DNA of 64,000 nt from an uncultured delta proteobacterium (GCA_963772835.1 CAVYYZ010000001.1:32001-96000), one strand, 5' to 3'; counted from the first letter of the stretch, positions 47,837-58,252 are shown. Made by a program: numbers and translations. Notes: generated by a model not told the origin, from the sequence alone.

Positions 47837-49008
47837 CCCCCGGCTCTCTTCTCATCAAACTGCCTGAAATATTCAAACCTGCACCGGTTCTCGACATCAA
47901 CCAGTCTCTGGAACGCCTCACGGAAATCGGTGACGCCGATGCTGAATACGCCATGTCCGTAGACAATGGCAGTACCTTTTCTGCCGATCACCGGCGGGAC
48001 ATTCTTTGCTATGCCGCCGGCACCGATTTCTCCCGCGACTATCGGTATATCTCCCAGAAAGCGAACCTTTACGCACTCCTTCCAGCAGTCCGTGACGTTG
48101 CACGCACCCTTCTCGGTACATACCATGCTCATGACCACCGCAAAGCGCGGATGGCCGTGAAGAATGGCGCGACAACCGGTCATCTCAAAAATAGATCGAT
48201 GTGCAACCAGTTCGCTTGAAGCGGTTATGCCGACCGTTGAACTGTTTTCAAAAGGGACCGGATCAATACACCCGGTCAGCTCATCCAGGCTGGATGCTGT
48301 TTGAGAGATATAGATCAGGTTGCCGTTTACATACGAAATGTTTCCGAAAAAAGAATCTACCAAACCCCGCTGGACGGTGTACCGGCCGACTCGAGCGATC
48401 TCTTCCAGGATGACATTTTTTTCTGTAAACGGCCCCTCCCGGAACTCAAGCCCACTATAAGAAAGCGGAGCGAGCGATTCAAGGCGAAAATGTTCAAAGG
48501 CAACCTCTTCGTCAGGCAGCATGAAACCGTGTTCGAGAAGGTCTTCAAGATATTTGATATAGGTTGAATGAAACACTGATGACCAGTTAATGTAAGACTG
48601 TTCAACGGTCAAAGTCCCGGCAGCAATGATACCAATCCCTTCAACTATGATTCCTTTGCGATTCCCTAGCAGGGAGGTAATTATTCCGCTGGGATCAATA
48701 TCTATCTCACCTCTCCGCACAATCGGAATGTCATGCAGAAATGTGCGGGTTTCGGTGTCACGCGGCACAATTTCATGGACATGGGCGGCGGACCTCCGGA
48801 TGAGAAAATCAGCGAAGGGGAGTGAAGGTGCGGCAGTGGTGAGAGCAAGGCAATTCAGGCGGGAGAGGACCGATTCAGACAGTGATGCCAGATTCGGTTC
48901 GCCTTCTGATATCATTATGTCATCCTGGGCGGCAAAGGCGATACTCCCTGCCTGCGCCGAACCATCTGAAATCAGTTTTGCAGTGTATTTGACAATCTGG
49001 TCGTGCAT
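47833..49008 (-). CDS. Class II aldolase/adducin family protein with two aldolase-like domains
   Basis: C-terminal domain: FFGNIS, ASSELVAH, ILHGHP, YGHGVF; the N-terminal half looks like a degenerate copy. Confidence 0.8.
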   Translation of the reverse strand: MHDQIVKYTAKLISDGSAQAGSIAFAAQDDIMISEGEPNLASLSESVLSRLNCLALTTAAPSLPFADFLIRRSAAHVHEIVPRDTETRTFLHDIPIVRRGEIDIDPSGIITSLLGNRKGIIVEGIGIIAAGTLTVEQSYINWSSVFHSTYIKYLEDLLEHGFMLPDEEVAFEHFRLESLAPLSYSGLEFREGPFTEKNVILEEIARVGRYTVQRGLVDSFFGNISYVNGNLIYISQTASSLDELTGCIDPVPFENSSTVGITASSELVAHRSIFEMTGCRAILHGHPRFAVVMSMVCTEKGACNVTDCWKECVKVRFLGDIPIVAGEIGAGGIAKNVPPVIGRKGTAIVYGHGVFSIGVTDFREAFQRLVDVENRCRFEYFRQFDEKRAGG

Positions 49009-49889
49009 CAGGGGGTAGATGTAGGGATATTGGTAAAAAGGATCGAACCGTCTGTAAGCGTTTCACTCCGGAAGCGGGGTGCCCGCTGACTGCTGGCGAT
49101 GAGTGTCGAACTCGGGAGTGATATGCCGCTTTCGGGAGCAAAGGCCATCGTAACATTTGAACCAGCCTGCCATGCTTCAAAGTGGAGATGGGGTCCCGTC
49201 GATCTTCCGGTGGAGCCTGAAAGCGCAAGTGTGCTTTCCGAAGTAACGTGTTGTCCCTGCACCACCAGAATCTGGCTGTTGTGGGCATACAGGGTAATGA
49301 TTCCGTTATCATGTTCAACGATAACGGTGTTGCCATATCCGGAACGGCTTCCACTGTAGACGACTACGCCCGGAGCAACCGGCCTGACAGGGGTTCCGGT
49401 GGGTATCGCAATGTCAATGCCGTTGTGATGGCGCCAGGTTCCGTCGATCGGATCGATTCTCATTCCAACGTGCGAGGTTATCGAACCGCCGACCTGTGGC
49501 AGGTGAGGCTCGAAGCTGTTTAGAGCTGTGTCGTGCGGACTGAGAGAGGCAATAACCGCTTTTTGGGCAATTTCATCGAGCGAAATGTCATGAATTTTCT
49601 GTTTCTTTAATGATTTTTTATGCTTGGATGCAGGTGCTGCCCGATCTTTAAATATGACAGTGGCGTTTTTATTGCTTGGGGTGTCGGTAAACGTTTCGAC
49701 ACCGTCAATAGTGACAAAGCGATAGATGTCGGCTCCAGCAATAGAACTGGCCATACAGAAAACCAGAGTCAGAGGCAGTAGGCGCAAACAAAGTAACCTG
49801 CCTCGAAACGTGAGAGGTCCTTTGTCTGAGGCTGTCAATTGTGCTTGTTGTTCGGCGCATTTTCTGATAATTAAATTCATTCTTTCCAT
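49008..49889 (-). CDS. M23 family peptidase with DUF4124-like N-terminal domain
   Basis: Signal-like segment then DIYRFVTIDGVETFTDTP; HNGIDI, YAHN and STGPHLHFE zinc motifs; start uncertain. Confidence 0.88.
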   Translation of the reverse strand: MERMNLIIRKCAEQQAQLTASDKGPLTFRGRLLCLRLLPLTLVFCMASSIAGADIYRFVTIDGVETFTDTPSNKNATVIFKDRAAPASKHKKSLKKQKIHDISLDEIAQKAVIASLSPHDTALNSFEPHLPQVGGSITSHVGMRIDPIDGTWRHHNGIDIAIPTGTPVRPVAPGVVVYSGSRSGYGNTVIVEHDNGIITLYAHNSQILVVQGQHVTSESTLALSGSTGRSTGPHLHFEAWQAGSNVTMAFAPESGISLPSSTLIASSQRAPRFRSETLTDGSILFTNIPTSTP

Positions 49890-50167
49890 GATATACCATT
49901 TTAAATAATTGTTCAAATTATCATCTTCGGAGCAGCCAGGGTTTTTCTGGCGCTTCGCGTACAACCTCCCGCAGTACGCCGCGGGTCGATTCAATTCTGA
50001 GCGTATGATATAAACATCCGGGTATCCTCAGTGTCTGCCTGTATAATAAGCAGATATGTTTCAGAGTGATAGATTGTTGGGCACCCTGGTGTGTTGGACG
50101 TGCGACAGTAAATTGGATATGCATCCTAACTGTTCAATTATTCGGCCATTATAATTGGATAACTAAT

Positions 50168-50183
50168 TGGCAAGGAGCTTGCT
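50168..50183 (+). promoter_or_regulatory. sigma54 (-24/-12) promoter of glnB-glnA
   Basis: TGGCAAGGAGCTTGCT: GG-N10-GC spacing matching the TGGCAC-N5-TTGC consensus. Confidence 0.8.
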
Positions 50184-50214
50184 TTTGAAGCAAAGGAAAG
50201 TTCAATGGTGTTAG

Positions 50215-50610
<396 letters not shown>

Positions 50611-50637
50611 CAAAATAAAATTTGAAAGGAGCAACAG

Positions 50638-52050
50638 ATGACCCCGAAACAAGTAGTTGAATTTGCAGAAAAAAATGGCGCGAAGATGGTCGATTATAAA
50701 TTCATGGATTTTATTGGGACATGGCAGCATGTCTCCGTACCAATGTCCGAGTTTAGCGAGGATACCTTCGAAGAGGGCCAAGGCTTTGACGGCTCTTCAA
50801 TTCGTGGCTGGCAGCCCATCCATGCTTCGGACATGATCCTCCTTCCCGATCCTACAACCGCCAAAATGGATCCTTTTATCAAGGTCCCGACCATGTCAAT
50901 TATTTGCGATATTTTCGATCCAATCACCAAGGAAGATTATACCCGTGATCCGCGCAATATAGCTAAAAAAGCAGAAATGTATCTGAAATCGACCGGCATT
51001 GGTGACACCGCTTTCTTTGGCCCCGAAGCTGAATTTTTCATCTTTGATGATGTCCGCTATTCTTCGACAGCCAATCAGTCTTTCTTTGCCGTCGACTCTT
51101 CTGAAGGAGCCTGGAATACCGGCCGTGAGGAGTTTCCGAACCTTGGCTATAAACCGCGACACAAAGAAGGCTATTTCCCTTGTTCACCGGTTGATTCCCA
51201 GAATGATTTGCGTAACGAAATGGTCGCTGAACTTCAAAATGTTGGTATTCGTGTAGAGTGTCAGCATCACGAAGTTGCCACCGGTGGTCAGGCTGAAATT
51301 GATATGCGCTTCTCGTCACTGGTTGATATGGCTGACCAGTTGCAATGGTTCAAATATGTCATCAAAAATGTAGCGTATCGTAACGGCAAAACTGTTACCT
51401 TTATGCCTAAGCCGCTGTACGGAGACAACGGGTCGGGGATGCATTGCCACCAGTCGATCTGGAGAGATGGACAAAACCTGTTTGCCGGGGATAAATACGG
51501 CGGGCTTTCCCAAATGGCGCTCTGGTATATCGGCGGGATCATCAAGCATGCCAAGGCACTCTGTGCCATCACCAATCCAACCACCAACTCGTACAAGCGA
51601 CTGGTGCCCGGTTTCGAGGCGCCGGTAAATATGGCTTACTCCAGTCGTAACCGCTCAGCTTCACTCCGTATACCGATGATGTCCACGAATCCTAAGTCCA
51701 AGCGAGTGGAATATCGTACACCTGATCCTTCGTGCAACGGGTACCTTGCGTTTGCCGCCATGCTGATGGCCGGCCTGGATGGCATCGAAAATAAAATTGA
51801 TCCGGGACAGCCTCTGGACAAGGATATCTACGGACTTTCTCCGGAAGAACTTAAGGATATTCCATCAGCTCCGGGTACACTTGAGGAAGCTTTGCAATGC
51901 CTTAAGGATGACCATGAGTTTCTTCTCAAGGGAGACGTGTTTACTCCCGACGTAATCGAGAAGTGGATCGAGTACAAAACTGAGGCTGAAGTAAATCCGG
52001 TTCGCATGCGTCCGGTACCTCTTGAGTTTGAATTGTATTACGACATTTAA
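50638..52050 (+). CDS. glnA: Glutamine synthetase type I
   Basis: [42 protein letters not shown] adenylylation-site region. Confidence 0.98.
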   Translation: MTPKQVVEFAEKNGAKMVDYKFMDFIGTWQHVSVPMSEFSEDTFEEGQGFDGSSIRGWQPIHASDMILLPDPTTAKMDPFIKVPTMSIICDIFDPITKEDYTRDPRNIAKKAEMYLKSTGIGDTAFFGPEAEFFIFDDVRYSSTANQSFFAVDSSEGAWNTGREEFPNLGYKPRHKEGYFPCSPVDSQNDLRNEMVAELQNVGIRVECQHHEVATGGQAEIDMRFSSLVDMADQLQWFKYVIKNVAYRNGKTVTFMPKPLYGDNGSGMHCHQSIWRDGQNLFAGDKYGGLSQMALWYIGGIIKHAKALCAITNPTTNSYKRLVPGFEAPVNMAYSSRNRSASLRIPMMSTNPKSKRVEYRTPDPSCNGYLAFAAMLMAGLDGIENKIDPGQPLDKDIYGLSPEELKDIPSAPGTLEEALQCLKDDHEFLLKGDVFTPDVIEKWIEYKTEAEVNPVRMRPVPLEFELYYDI

Positions 52051-52077
52051 TTAAAACTGAAGTTGCATTCATTCATG

Positions 52078-52103
52078 AAAGGCGGGAGCGATCCCGCCTT
52101 TTC
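52078..52103 (+). terminator. Intrinsic terminator after glnA
   Basis: AAAGGCGGGA-GCGA-TCCCGCCTTTT. Confidence 0.85.
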
Positions 52104-52189
52104 TGCGTTGTAGAAGTTGCCTTGCAATTGACTTTACATGTCTTCTCTGTTAGAAGAGGTGCAGATTTATCCAGTTTAAAGGACTCTAC

Positions 52190-52870
52190 ATGGAAAGTTT
52201 CTTCCTTAAGCTTTCAGTAATGCTTGTACCGGGTATGCTGGCAATAGTGTGTCACGAAGTTTCCCATGGATACGTAGCCTGGCGATTTGGCGACCCGACG
52301 GCACGAATGATGGGAAGACTGACGCTCAATCCCCTGAAACATATCGATATTGTTGGTACTCTCATGATATTCTTTATCGGCATAGGGTGGGCTAAACCGG
52401 TGCCGGTGGTGTTTGGAAATCTTCGCAATCCCAAACGCGACATGATCTGGGTGGCCGCAGCCGGACCCATTACAAACATCCTGTTGGCAACGGTTTCTGC
52501 GTTCCTGCTCCGGGGGCTGGCGGCATTTGGCACTCCGGCCGCGCCTGGTTTGCCGCTGGCCCTGCTGGTGGAGCCGGTGATACTTATGCTGGCTTTTTCA
52601 GTCTATATAAATCTCCTTCTGGCGATATTCAACATGATACCGGTGCCACCTCTGGATGGCGGGCGCGTATTAGTGGGGTTGCTACCGTACAAACAGGCTG
52701 CTGCCTGGTCCCGCATTGAACCGTATGGGATGATAATTATCATTGTGCTGGTTTTTTTTACTAATATGTTTTCGTACATTATTTCTCCGGTTCTAAAAAT
52801 TGGCGTTGAATTGCTGGCCGGGCCGCAAAGCGGACTCGTTCTTGGAGTTACAAGCCTGATGATGCATTAA
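52190..52870 (+). CDS. Site-2 protease (M50) membrane metalloprotease
   Basis: HEVSH, GWAKPVPV, AAGPITN, FNMIPVPPLDGG. Confidence 0.92.
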   Translation: MESFFLKLSVMLVPGMLAIVCHEVSHGYVAWRFGDPTARMMGRLTLNPLKHIDIVGTLMIFFIGIGWAKPVPVVFGNLRNPKRDMIWVAAAGPITNILLATVSAFLLRGLAAFGTPAAPGLPLALLVEPVILMLAFSVYINLLLAIFNMIPVPPLDGGRVLVGLLPYKQAAAWSRIEPYGMIIIIVLVFFTNMFSYIISPVLKIGVELLAGPQSGLVLGVTSLMMH

Positions 52871-52896
52871 TTCCCGTTTTTCGTAAGTAGGTACAG

Positions 52897-54000
52897 ATGA
52901 ACGATCCCAGAATTCGTCAGTTTGCAGAGATACTGGTTGATTACTCGACCAGAGTGAAAAAAGGTGATGTCGTACTAATAAATGCTGCCGGTCTGGAGGC
53001 GATGCCTTTAGTAAAGGAGATATATGCGCTCTGTCTCACGCGTGGTGCGAAATACGTTGAATATGCTTTTTCAGTTCCGGAAATAGATCGCAGCTTTTAT
53101 ATTCTCGCTGATAAACAGCAGCTTGATCATTTCCCGCAGCATAAACTGGATTTCTACAAAACCGTGACGGTCTATATCGGAATCTCTGCTGGCAATAATT
53201 CTATGGTCTTGGCTAATGCCCGCCAGGAGTCGGTTGTCGCATATTCAAAGATTACCAGGCCTCTTGTAGACCAACGGGTCAAGCACACCCGCTGGTGTGT
53301 TACCCGCTACCCGACTCATGCGGCAGCCCAGGATGCTCGAATGAGTCTGGATGAATACGAAGACTACCTGTTTTCAGCCTGTTGTATCGACTGGAAAGCG
53401 GAGTCAAAGAAACAGGAAAAACTTAAAAAACTGATTGATCGGACGAAGAAGGTACACATCCTAGCACCTGATACGGACCTCCGTTTCAGTATTGACGGTC
53501 TTCCCGGCATAAAATGCGATGGGCGCCTCAACATGCCGGACGGTGAGGTGTTTACAGCACCGGTTAAAAACTCTGTCCAGGGGCATATCACGTACAACTG
53601 TCCGAGTATTTACCAGGGAAAAGAATATAACGGTGTACGGTTCGAGTTTGTCGACGGTAAAATTGTCAAGGCGTCTGCTGAAGGGGGAATGAGCAACGAC
53701 CTTAACAAAATTCTCGATGCAGATGACGGTGCCCGTTATATTGGAGAATTTGCTATCGGTGTCAACCCGGGCATACGCCAGCCGATGCGCAATATACTTT
53801 TTGATGAAAAGATTTTCGGCTCAATTCACCTTACCCCTGGGCAGGCGTATGATGAGTGTGATAATGGCAACCGCTCCTCCGTACATTGGGATCTGGTACG
53901 GATTCTAGCCGATGGTGAAATACTGTTCGATGACATATCGATCCAGAAAAACGGGCGGTTTGTCCACAAAGATTTGCTGGAACTTAATCCCATTTTATAA
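52897..54000 (+). CDS. Aminopeptidase, M29 (AmpS/AmpT) family
   Basis: NMPDGEVFTAP, YIGEFAIG, LFDEKI, HLTPGQAY, SSVHWDLV. Confidence 0.9.
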   Translation: MNDPRIRQFAEILVDYSTRVKKGDVVLINAAGLEAMPLVKEIYALCLTRGAKYVEYAFSVPEIDRSFYILADKQQLDHFPQHKLDFYKTVTVYIGISAGNNSMVLANARQESVVAYSKITRPLVDQRVKHTRWCVTRYPTHAAAQDARMSLDEYEDYLFSACCIDWKAESKKQEKLKKLIDRTKKVHILAPDTDLRFSIDGLPGIKCDGRLNMPDGEVFTAPVKNSVQGHITYNCPSIYQGKEYNGVRFEFVDGKIVKASAEGGMSNDLNKILDADDGARYIGEFAIGVNPGIRQPMRNILFDEKIFGSIHLTPGQAYDECDNGNRSSVHWDLVRILADGEILFDDISIQKNGRFVHKDLLELNPIL

Positions 54001-54014
54001 AGAGTACTGAAATT

Positions 54015-54512
54015 ATGCCGCAGAGTACTGAAATTGAATTTGAACATAATGACTTCGAATTTGACACGTTAGACGAAGAGTTGTTGGTTGACGGCCGTTG
54101 CCGGCAGATTCTGAAACAATTCTATCTTTTTCTTCAGCAGCAGGGTATGGCGGCTGAACAGGCTTCCGAGCAAGCTTTCAGCATCGATCTTTATCTGCGG
54201 GATTATCTTATTGATTTTGGTCGTCAGAATATTGTGCGTCCTCAGCCGGGAACCGTAACCGCATTTGCAGGCTCCTGGTTTATCACACATACTCTGGATC
54301 CTGAGTTTTCCATGCTGGTGCGTCATCTTACTGCGATAACCGCTTTTTATCGTTATTTGCATCGACAGCATCTTATTTCTGAAGAGGAACTCTCTTTTAT
54401 ACTGAATGAGGCGGACGACCTTGATTATTTTAGACAACGCATTGATTCTTTTCTGAATCTTACCGGAGACGGTTTTGCTGCGTGGAACGCCGGCTGCCCC
54501 GCTGTGATTTGA
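54015..54512 (+). CDS. Hypothetical protein (mainly helical)
   Basis: 165-aa ORF with tight operon-like spacing; no family recognised. Confidence 0.7.
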   Translation: MPQSTEIEFEHNDFEFDTLDEELLVDGRCRQILKQFYLFLQQQGMAAEQASEQAFSIDLYLRDYLIDFGRQNIVRPQPGTVTAFAGSWFITHTLDPEFSMLVRHLTAITAFYRYLHRQHLISEEELSFILNEADDLDYFRQRIDSFLNLTGDGFAAWNAGCPAVI

Positions 54513-54534
54513 GTGCTTTTACGGAGTGACAGAA

Positions 54535-54936
54535 ATGGCATGCAAAAATTCAAAGCTGATTGTCATTACGATTTATGAGCAAAAGCATCTCAAAAAAGAT
54601 TGGTACATTGATTTTGATGGTCAGCAGTTTCAAGCTGTTCTGGCAGAAATGATCGAGGAGATGGAACGGTTGGGCATTCTATTGACGGTGGTGCGAAATC
54701 GGGATGCAATTATTACGATTAAAAGTTATGCCGATCTTTTGAACGCCGTGAAAATATCTTCTCCGCAGGATGGGCATAGCAACCTCTGTGTTGGTCATAT
54801 AATCGGAAAAAGCGAGCGACTGGATATAGTTGATGATGTCAGCAGAGCTGTCAGGCGTGTGGCGTTTGCACCTGAAACGGTTGCACCTTCAAGCGAGTTC
54901 AGGAAAGTCTGCCATAACTGCGGTTGTGGTTGTTAG
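54535..54936 (+). CDS. Hypothetical protein with C-terminal CHNCGCGC
   Basis: About 133-aa ORF after a GGAG RBS; alternative GTG start at 54526. Confidence 0.7.
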   Translation: MACKNSKLIVITIYEQKHLKKDWYIDFDGQQFQAVLAEMIEEMERLGILLTVVRNRDAIITIKSYADLLNAVKISSPQDGHSNLCVGHIIGKSERLDIVDDVSRAVRRVAFAPETVAPSSEFRKVCHNCGCGC

Positions 54937-55088
54937 TGAGTCGTAATTTTTTTGAAAGTTTGGTCTTATTTTTCTTTTCCGTTCAGTTTTACAGAAATTA
55001 TTTCGTGAACGTACTTATTTCATTTGTCAGGGCCGGTAGAAAATGATTTGGGTAACGAACTGTCCTGTTTATGAGGATTGAGTAGAAT

Positions 55089-55964
55089 ATGAAAAACGAG
55101 AGTGATAAACTCGACAGGTTGCTTGATAAAATCAGTGAACTGGTCGAACGTCTGGTTCCTGCCCAAGAGCCCCCTGTTGATGTAAGTGCCAGTCTTGCGT
55201 TCCGGTGGGAGCGGACAGGTGACACCGGCAGGCTTATGGCGGTAACTCATCCTCATCTGTTTGATCTGAATGAACTGATCGGCATTGATGAGATACGTGA
55301 TGAAGTCGTCCGCAATACAACTCAGTTTGTGATGTCTTTGCCTGCCAACAACGTCCTGCTCTGGGGAGAACGCGGCTGCGGTAAGTCATCGCTGGTCAAA
55401 GGTCTCTTGAAGATGTTTGCGCCCTTCGGGTTGCGGATTGTAGAGTTGAAACGCTGGGATATTCTGTCACTGCCTCAGATTGTTACTCTGTTACGGTGTG
55501 CTCCGTTTCGGTTTATCCTTTTCTGTGATGATCTTTCCTTTGATGAGGGGGAAGGTGATTTCAGGGCGCTAAAAACGCTTCTGGATGGCGATATTGAGGA
55601 GCGACCCTCAAATATCCTGATTTATGCAACCTCAAATCGAAGACACCTGATGCCGGAACGGATGTCCGGCAATAGCGCAGATTCTGAAATTCACCCAGAA
55701 GAAGCTGTCGGAGAGAAACTGGCTCTGTCTGACCGGTTTGGCCTTTCGCTCGGCTTTTACGAATTTACTCAGGATGAATATCTTGCAGTTATTCGTAGTT
55801 ATGCCGCTTTAAGGAATATTCCGCTTTCAGACGGAGACTTGTGCGACAAGGCGCTGAAATGGGCCAGGCTGACAGCACGCAGGAGCGGCCGTTCTGCCCT
55901 GCAATTTATTGATGATCTGGAAGGGCGTATGCTTCTGGAGAGGTCTACTTTAGCCCCTGCCTGA
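55089..55964 (+). CDS. DUF815 family AAA+ ATPase
   Basis: ANNVLLWGERGCGKSS Walker A, FILFCDDLSF, YATSNRRHL, LSDRFG, RSGRSA. Confidence 0.88.
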   Translation: MKNESDKLDRLLDKISELVERLVPAQEPPVDVSASLAFRWERTGDTGRLMAVTHPHLFDLNELIGIDEIRDEVVRNTTQFVMSLPANNVLLWGERGCGKSSLVKGLLKMFAPFGLRIVELKRWDILSLPQIVTLLRCAPFRFILFCDDLSFDEGEGDFRALKTLLDGDIEERPSNILIYATSNRRHLMPERMSGNSADSEIHPEEAVGEKLALSDRFGLSLGFYEFTQDEYLAVIRSYAALRNIPLSDGDLCDKALKWARLTARRSGRSALQFIDDLEGRMLLERSTLAPA

Positions 55965-56032
55965 TTAATAAACGGATTCGGAGCGGGATACTGGCTGGTA
56001 CGGCATGGGAAATAGAGACTAAAACAGTATCT

Positions 56033-56215
56033 CTACTCTATGGGTGCCGGTTCACAAAGATTTTCAGAACAGTTGGCCTCGCCACCGCATGTGAAGCAAT
56101 AAAATTTCGGGTCACTACTTACCTTGGCTATTTCATCGTACATCCCGTTACTTCTCAACATACAGAGATGGCCATGGTGATCGGCTCCGCACCGGCATTT
56201 TGATTGAATAGTCAT
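56033..56215 (-). CDS. Small Cys/His-rich protein
   Basis: 60 aa with GGGGAA RBS; CRC...HHGHLC...CFTCG...ANC...NLCEP. Confidence 0.7.
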   Translation of the reverse strand: MTIQSKCRCGADHHGHLCMLRSNGMYDEIAKVSSDPKFYCFTCGGEANCSENLCEPAPIE

Positions 56216-56331
56216 TTTAATTCCCCCGGAAAGATGTATAACTGCAGAAATGTTGCCACCATAACAGAACTATTGAAAAAAGAAAACAGCTTGAATACGG
56301 GCTGCTCTATTCTCAAAGGATAAAATTTGCC

Positions 56332-57405
56332 ATGATGTTCACGCCAACTTCTCTTCTGATAACCGGAGGGGCCGGCTTTATCGGTTCCAATTTCATCCAT
56401 TCATTTGTTGCCAGTAATCCGGAGTGCGCAATTACCAATCTGGATTGTCTGACATATGCCGGCAATCTTAAAAATCTGACTGCGCTTGAAGGGAATCCCA
56501 ATTACCGCTTTATTAAAGGGGATATCTGTGATGCTCCCCTGGTGGCGCGGCTCCTCACCGAACGGAGGATTGATGCTGTTGTTCATTTTGCCGCCGAGTC
56601 CCATGTCGATCGCTCGATCACCGGCCCGGAAATATTCGTCCGTACAAACGTACTCGGTACACAGGTGTTATTGGAAGAGAGCCGTAATTATTGGAACTCC
56701 GGTGCCGTCTCCAACTTCCGTTTTCTCCAGATATCAACAGATGAAGTCTATGGCAGTCTGGGTGATTCCGGCTATTTTACCGAAGAAACTCCTCTTGCCG
56801 CTAATTCGCCCTATTCGGCCAGTAAGGCCGGGGCTGACCTACTGGTGCGCGCGTATCATGAAACATTCGGCCTGCCAACCCTGAATACACGTTGCTCCAA
56901 TAATTATGGACCCTACCATTTTCCGGAAAAACTGATACCGCTTCTTATCCATAATATTATTCAGAAGAAGCCGCTCCCCGTCTACGGTGACGGGTTGAAT
57001 GTGCGTGACTGGCTGCATGTCCGTGACCACGCCGTGGCGATAGAGGCAGTGTTGAAAAAGGCATCGCCCGGTTCGGTCTATAATGTCGGAGGTAATAACG
57101 AATGGAAAAATATTGACATCGTCAATCTGGTCTGTGACCTGCTTGATGACCGTCTAGGCCGCACACGAAAAGAAAACCGCACTCTTATAACTTTTGTCAA
57201 GGACCGGCTTGGGCACGACAGACGGTATGCCATCGATGCCTCCCGGCTCAAATCAGATCTCGGCTGGAGCCCTTCCTATACCTTTGAACAGGGTATCGCT
57301 GAAACGATTGATTGGTATCTTGCCAACCAGGAATGGGTTGCCGAGGTGACTTCCGGGGCGTACCGTGAATATTATCAGAATCAGTATGGCGGAGGTGTCG
57401 CTTGA
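56332..57405 (+). CDS. rfbB: dTDP-glucose 4,6-dehydratase
   Basis: TGGAGFIGSN, HFAAESHVDRSI, STDEVYG, YSASK, GHDRRYA. Confidence 0.96.
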   Translation: MMFTPTSLLITGGAGFIGSNFIHSFVASNPECAITNLDCLTYAGNLKNLTALEGNPNYRFIKGDICDAPLVARLLTERRIDAVVHFAAESHVDRSITGPEIFVRTNVLGTQVLLEESRNYWNSGAVSNFRFLQISTDEVYGSLGDSGYFTEETPLAANSPYSASKAGADLLVRAYHETFGLPTLNTRCSNNYGPYHFPEKLIPLLIHNIIQKKPLPVYGDGLNVRDWLHVRDHAVAIEAVLKKASPGSVYNVGGNNEWKNIDIVNLVCDLLDDRLGRTRKENRTLITFVKDRLGHDRRYAIDASRLKSDLGWSPSYTFEQGIAETIDWYLANQEWVAEVTSGAYREYYQNQYGGGVA

Positions 57406-58241
57406 TTCTGGTCGTAGGCGCAAACGGCATGCTGGGCCGAGACCTGACTGCGCTTCTGGGCGTCAGAGGACTCGGCGTCGACATTGCCGAGATTGACATT
57501 ACATCGCCCGAATCGGTACTGAAGGTTATCGGTGATTTAAAACCGGAAGTAGTGATCAATTGTGCCGCCTTTGCCGATGTAGACGGCTGCGAAAGTAACA
57601 CCGAGACGGCAATGGCGGTTAATGGCGAGGGGGTTGCGTACCTGGCGATGGCATGCCGGGACCTCGGCGCACTGCTGGTACAGGTCAGCACTGACTACGT
57701 TTTTGATGGCGGTAAGGGACTGCCCTACGTTGAGGATGATGCCCCCTGTCCGCTCAGTGTCTACGGCGAGTCAAAGCTGGCCGGCGAAATGAACGCCGCA
57801 TTTTCTCCGCAGCATTTAATTGTAAGGACGCAGTGGCTCTACGGTCTGCATGGCAAAAATTTTGTTGAGACTATGCTTCGTATGGGGGCCGAAAAGGATG
57901 AACTGTCTGTAGTTGATGATCAGATCGGTTCACCGACCTGGACTGTTGATCTCGCTCGGTCGATTATTGCGCTGATTGACAACGGCTGCCGGGGAATCTA
58001 TCATGCGGCCAATTCGGAATACTGCTCATGGAACGGTTTTGCACAGGCGATCTTTGAAGAGGCAGGTTTACACATTTCGGTCAGACCGATGAAAACAACG
58101 GCGTTGAACCGCCCCGCCCGGCGACCTCTCTATTCAACGCTTGAGTGCGGCAAACTGACCGAGGACACCGGTTTTCGTCCGCAAGAATGGCGAAATGCCT
58201 TGCGGGAATATCTGAAACTTCGCATCTCAAATAAATTCTGA
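57402..58241 (+). CDS. rfbD: dTDP-4-dehydrorhamnose reductase
   Basis: GANGMLG, STDYVFDG, YGESKLAGE, DQIGSPT. Confidence 0.94.
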   Translation: MILVVGANGMLGRDLTALLGVRGLGVDIAEIDITSPESVLKVIGDLKPEVVINCAAFADVDGCESNTETAMAVNGEGVAYLAMACRDLGALLVQVSTDYVFDGGKGLPYVEDDAPCPLSVYGESKLAGEMNAAFSPQHLIVRTQWLYGLHGKNFVETMLRMGAEKDELSVVDDQIGSPTWTVDLARSIIALIDNGCRGIYHAANSEYCSWNGFAQAIFEEAGLHISVRPMKTTALNRPARRPLYSTLECGKLTEDTGFRPQEWRNALREYLKLRISNKF

Positions 58242-58252
58242 AAGGAACAGCA

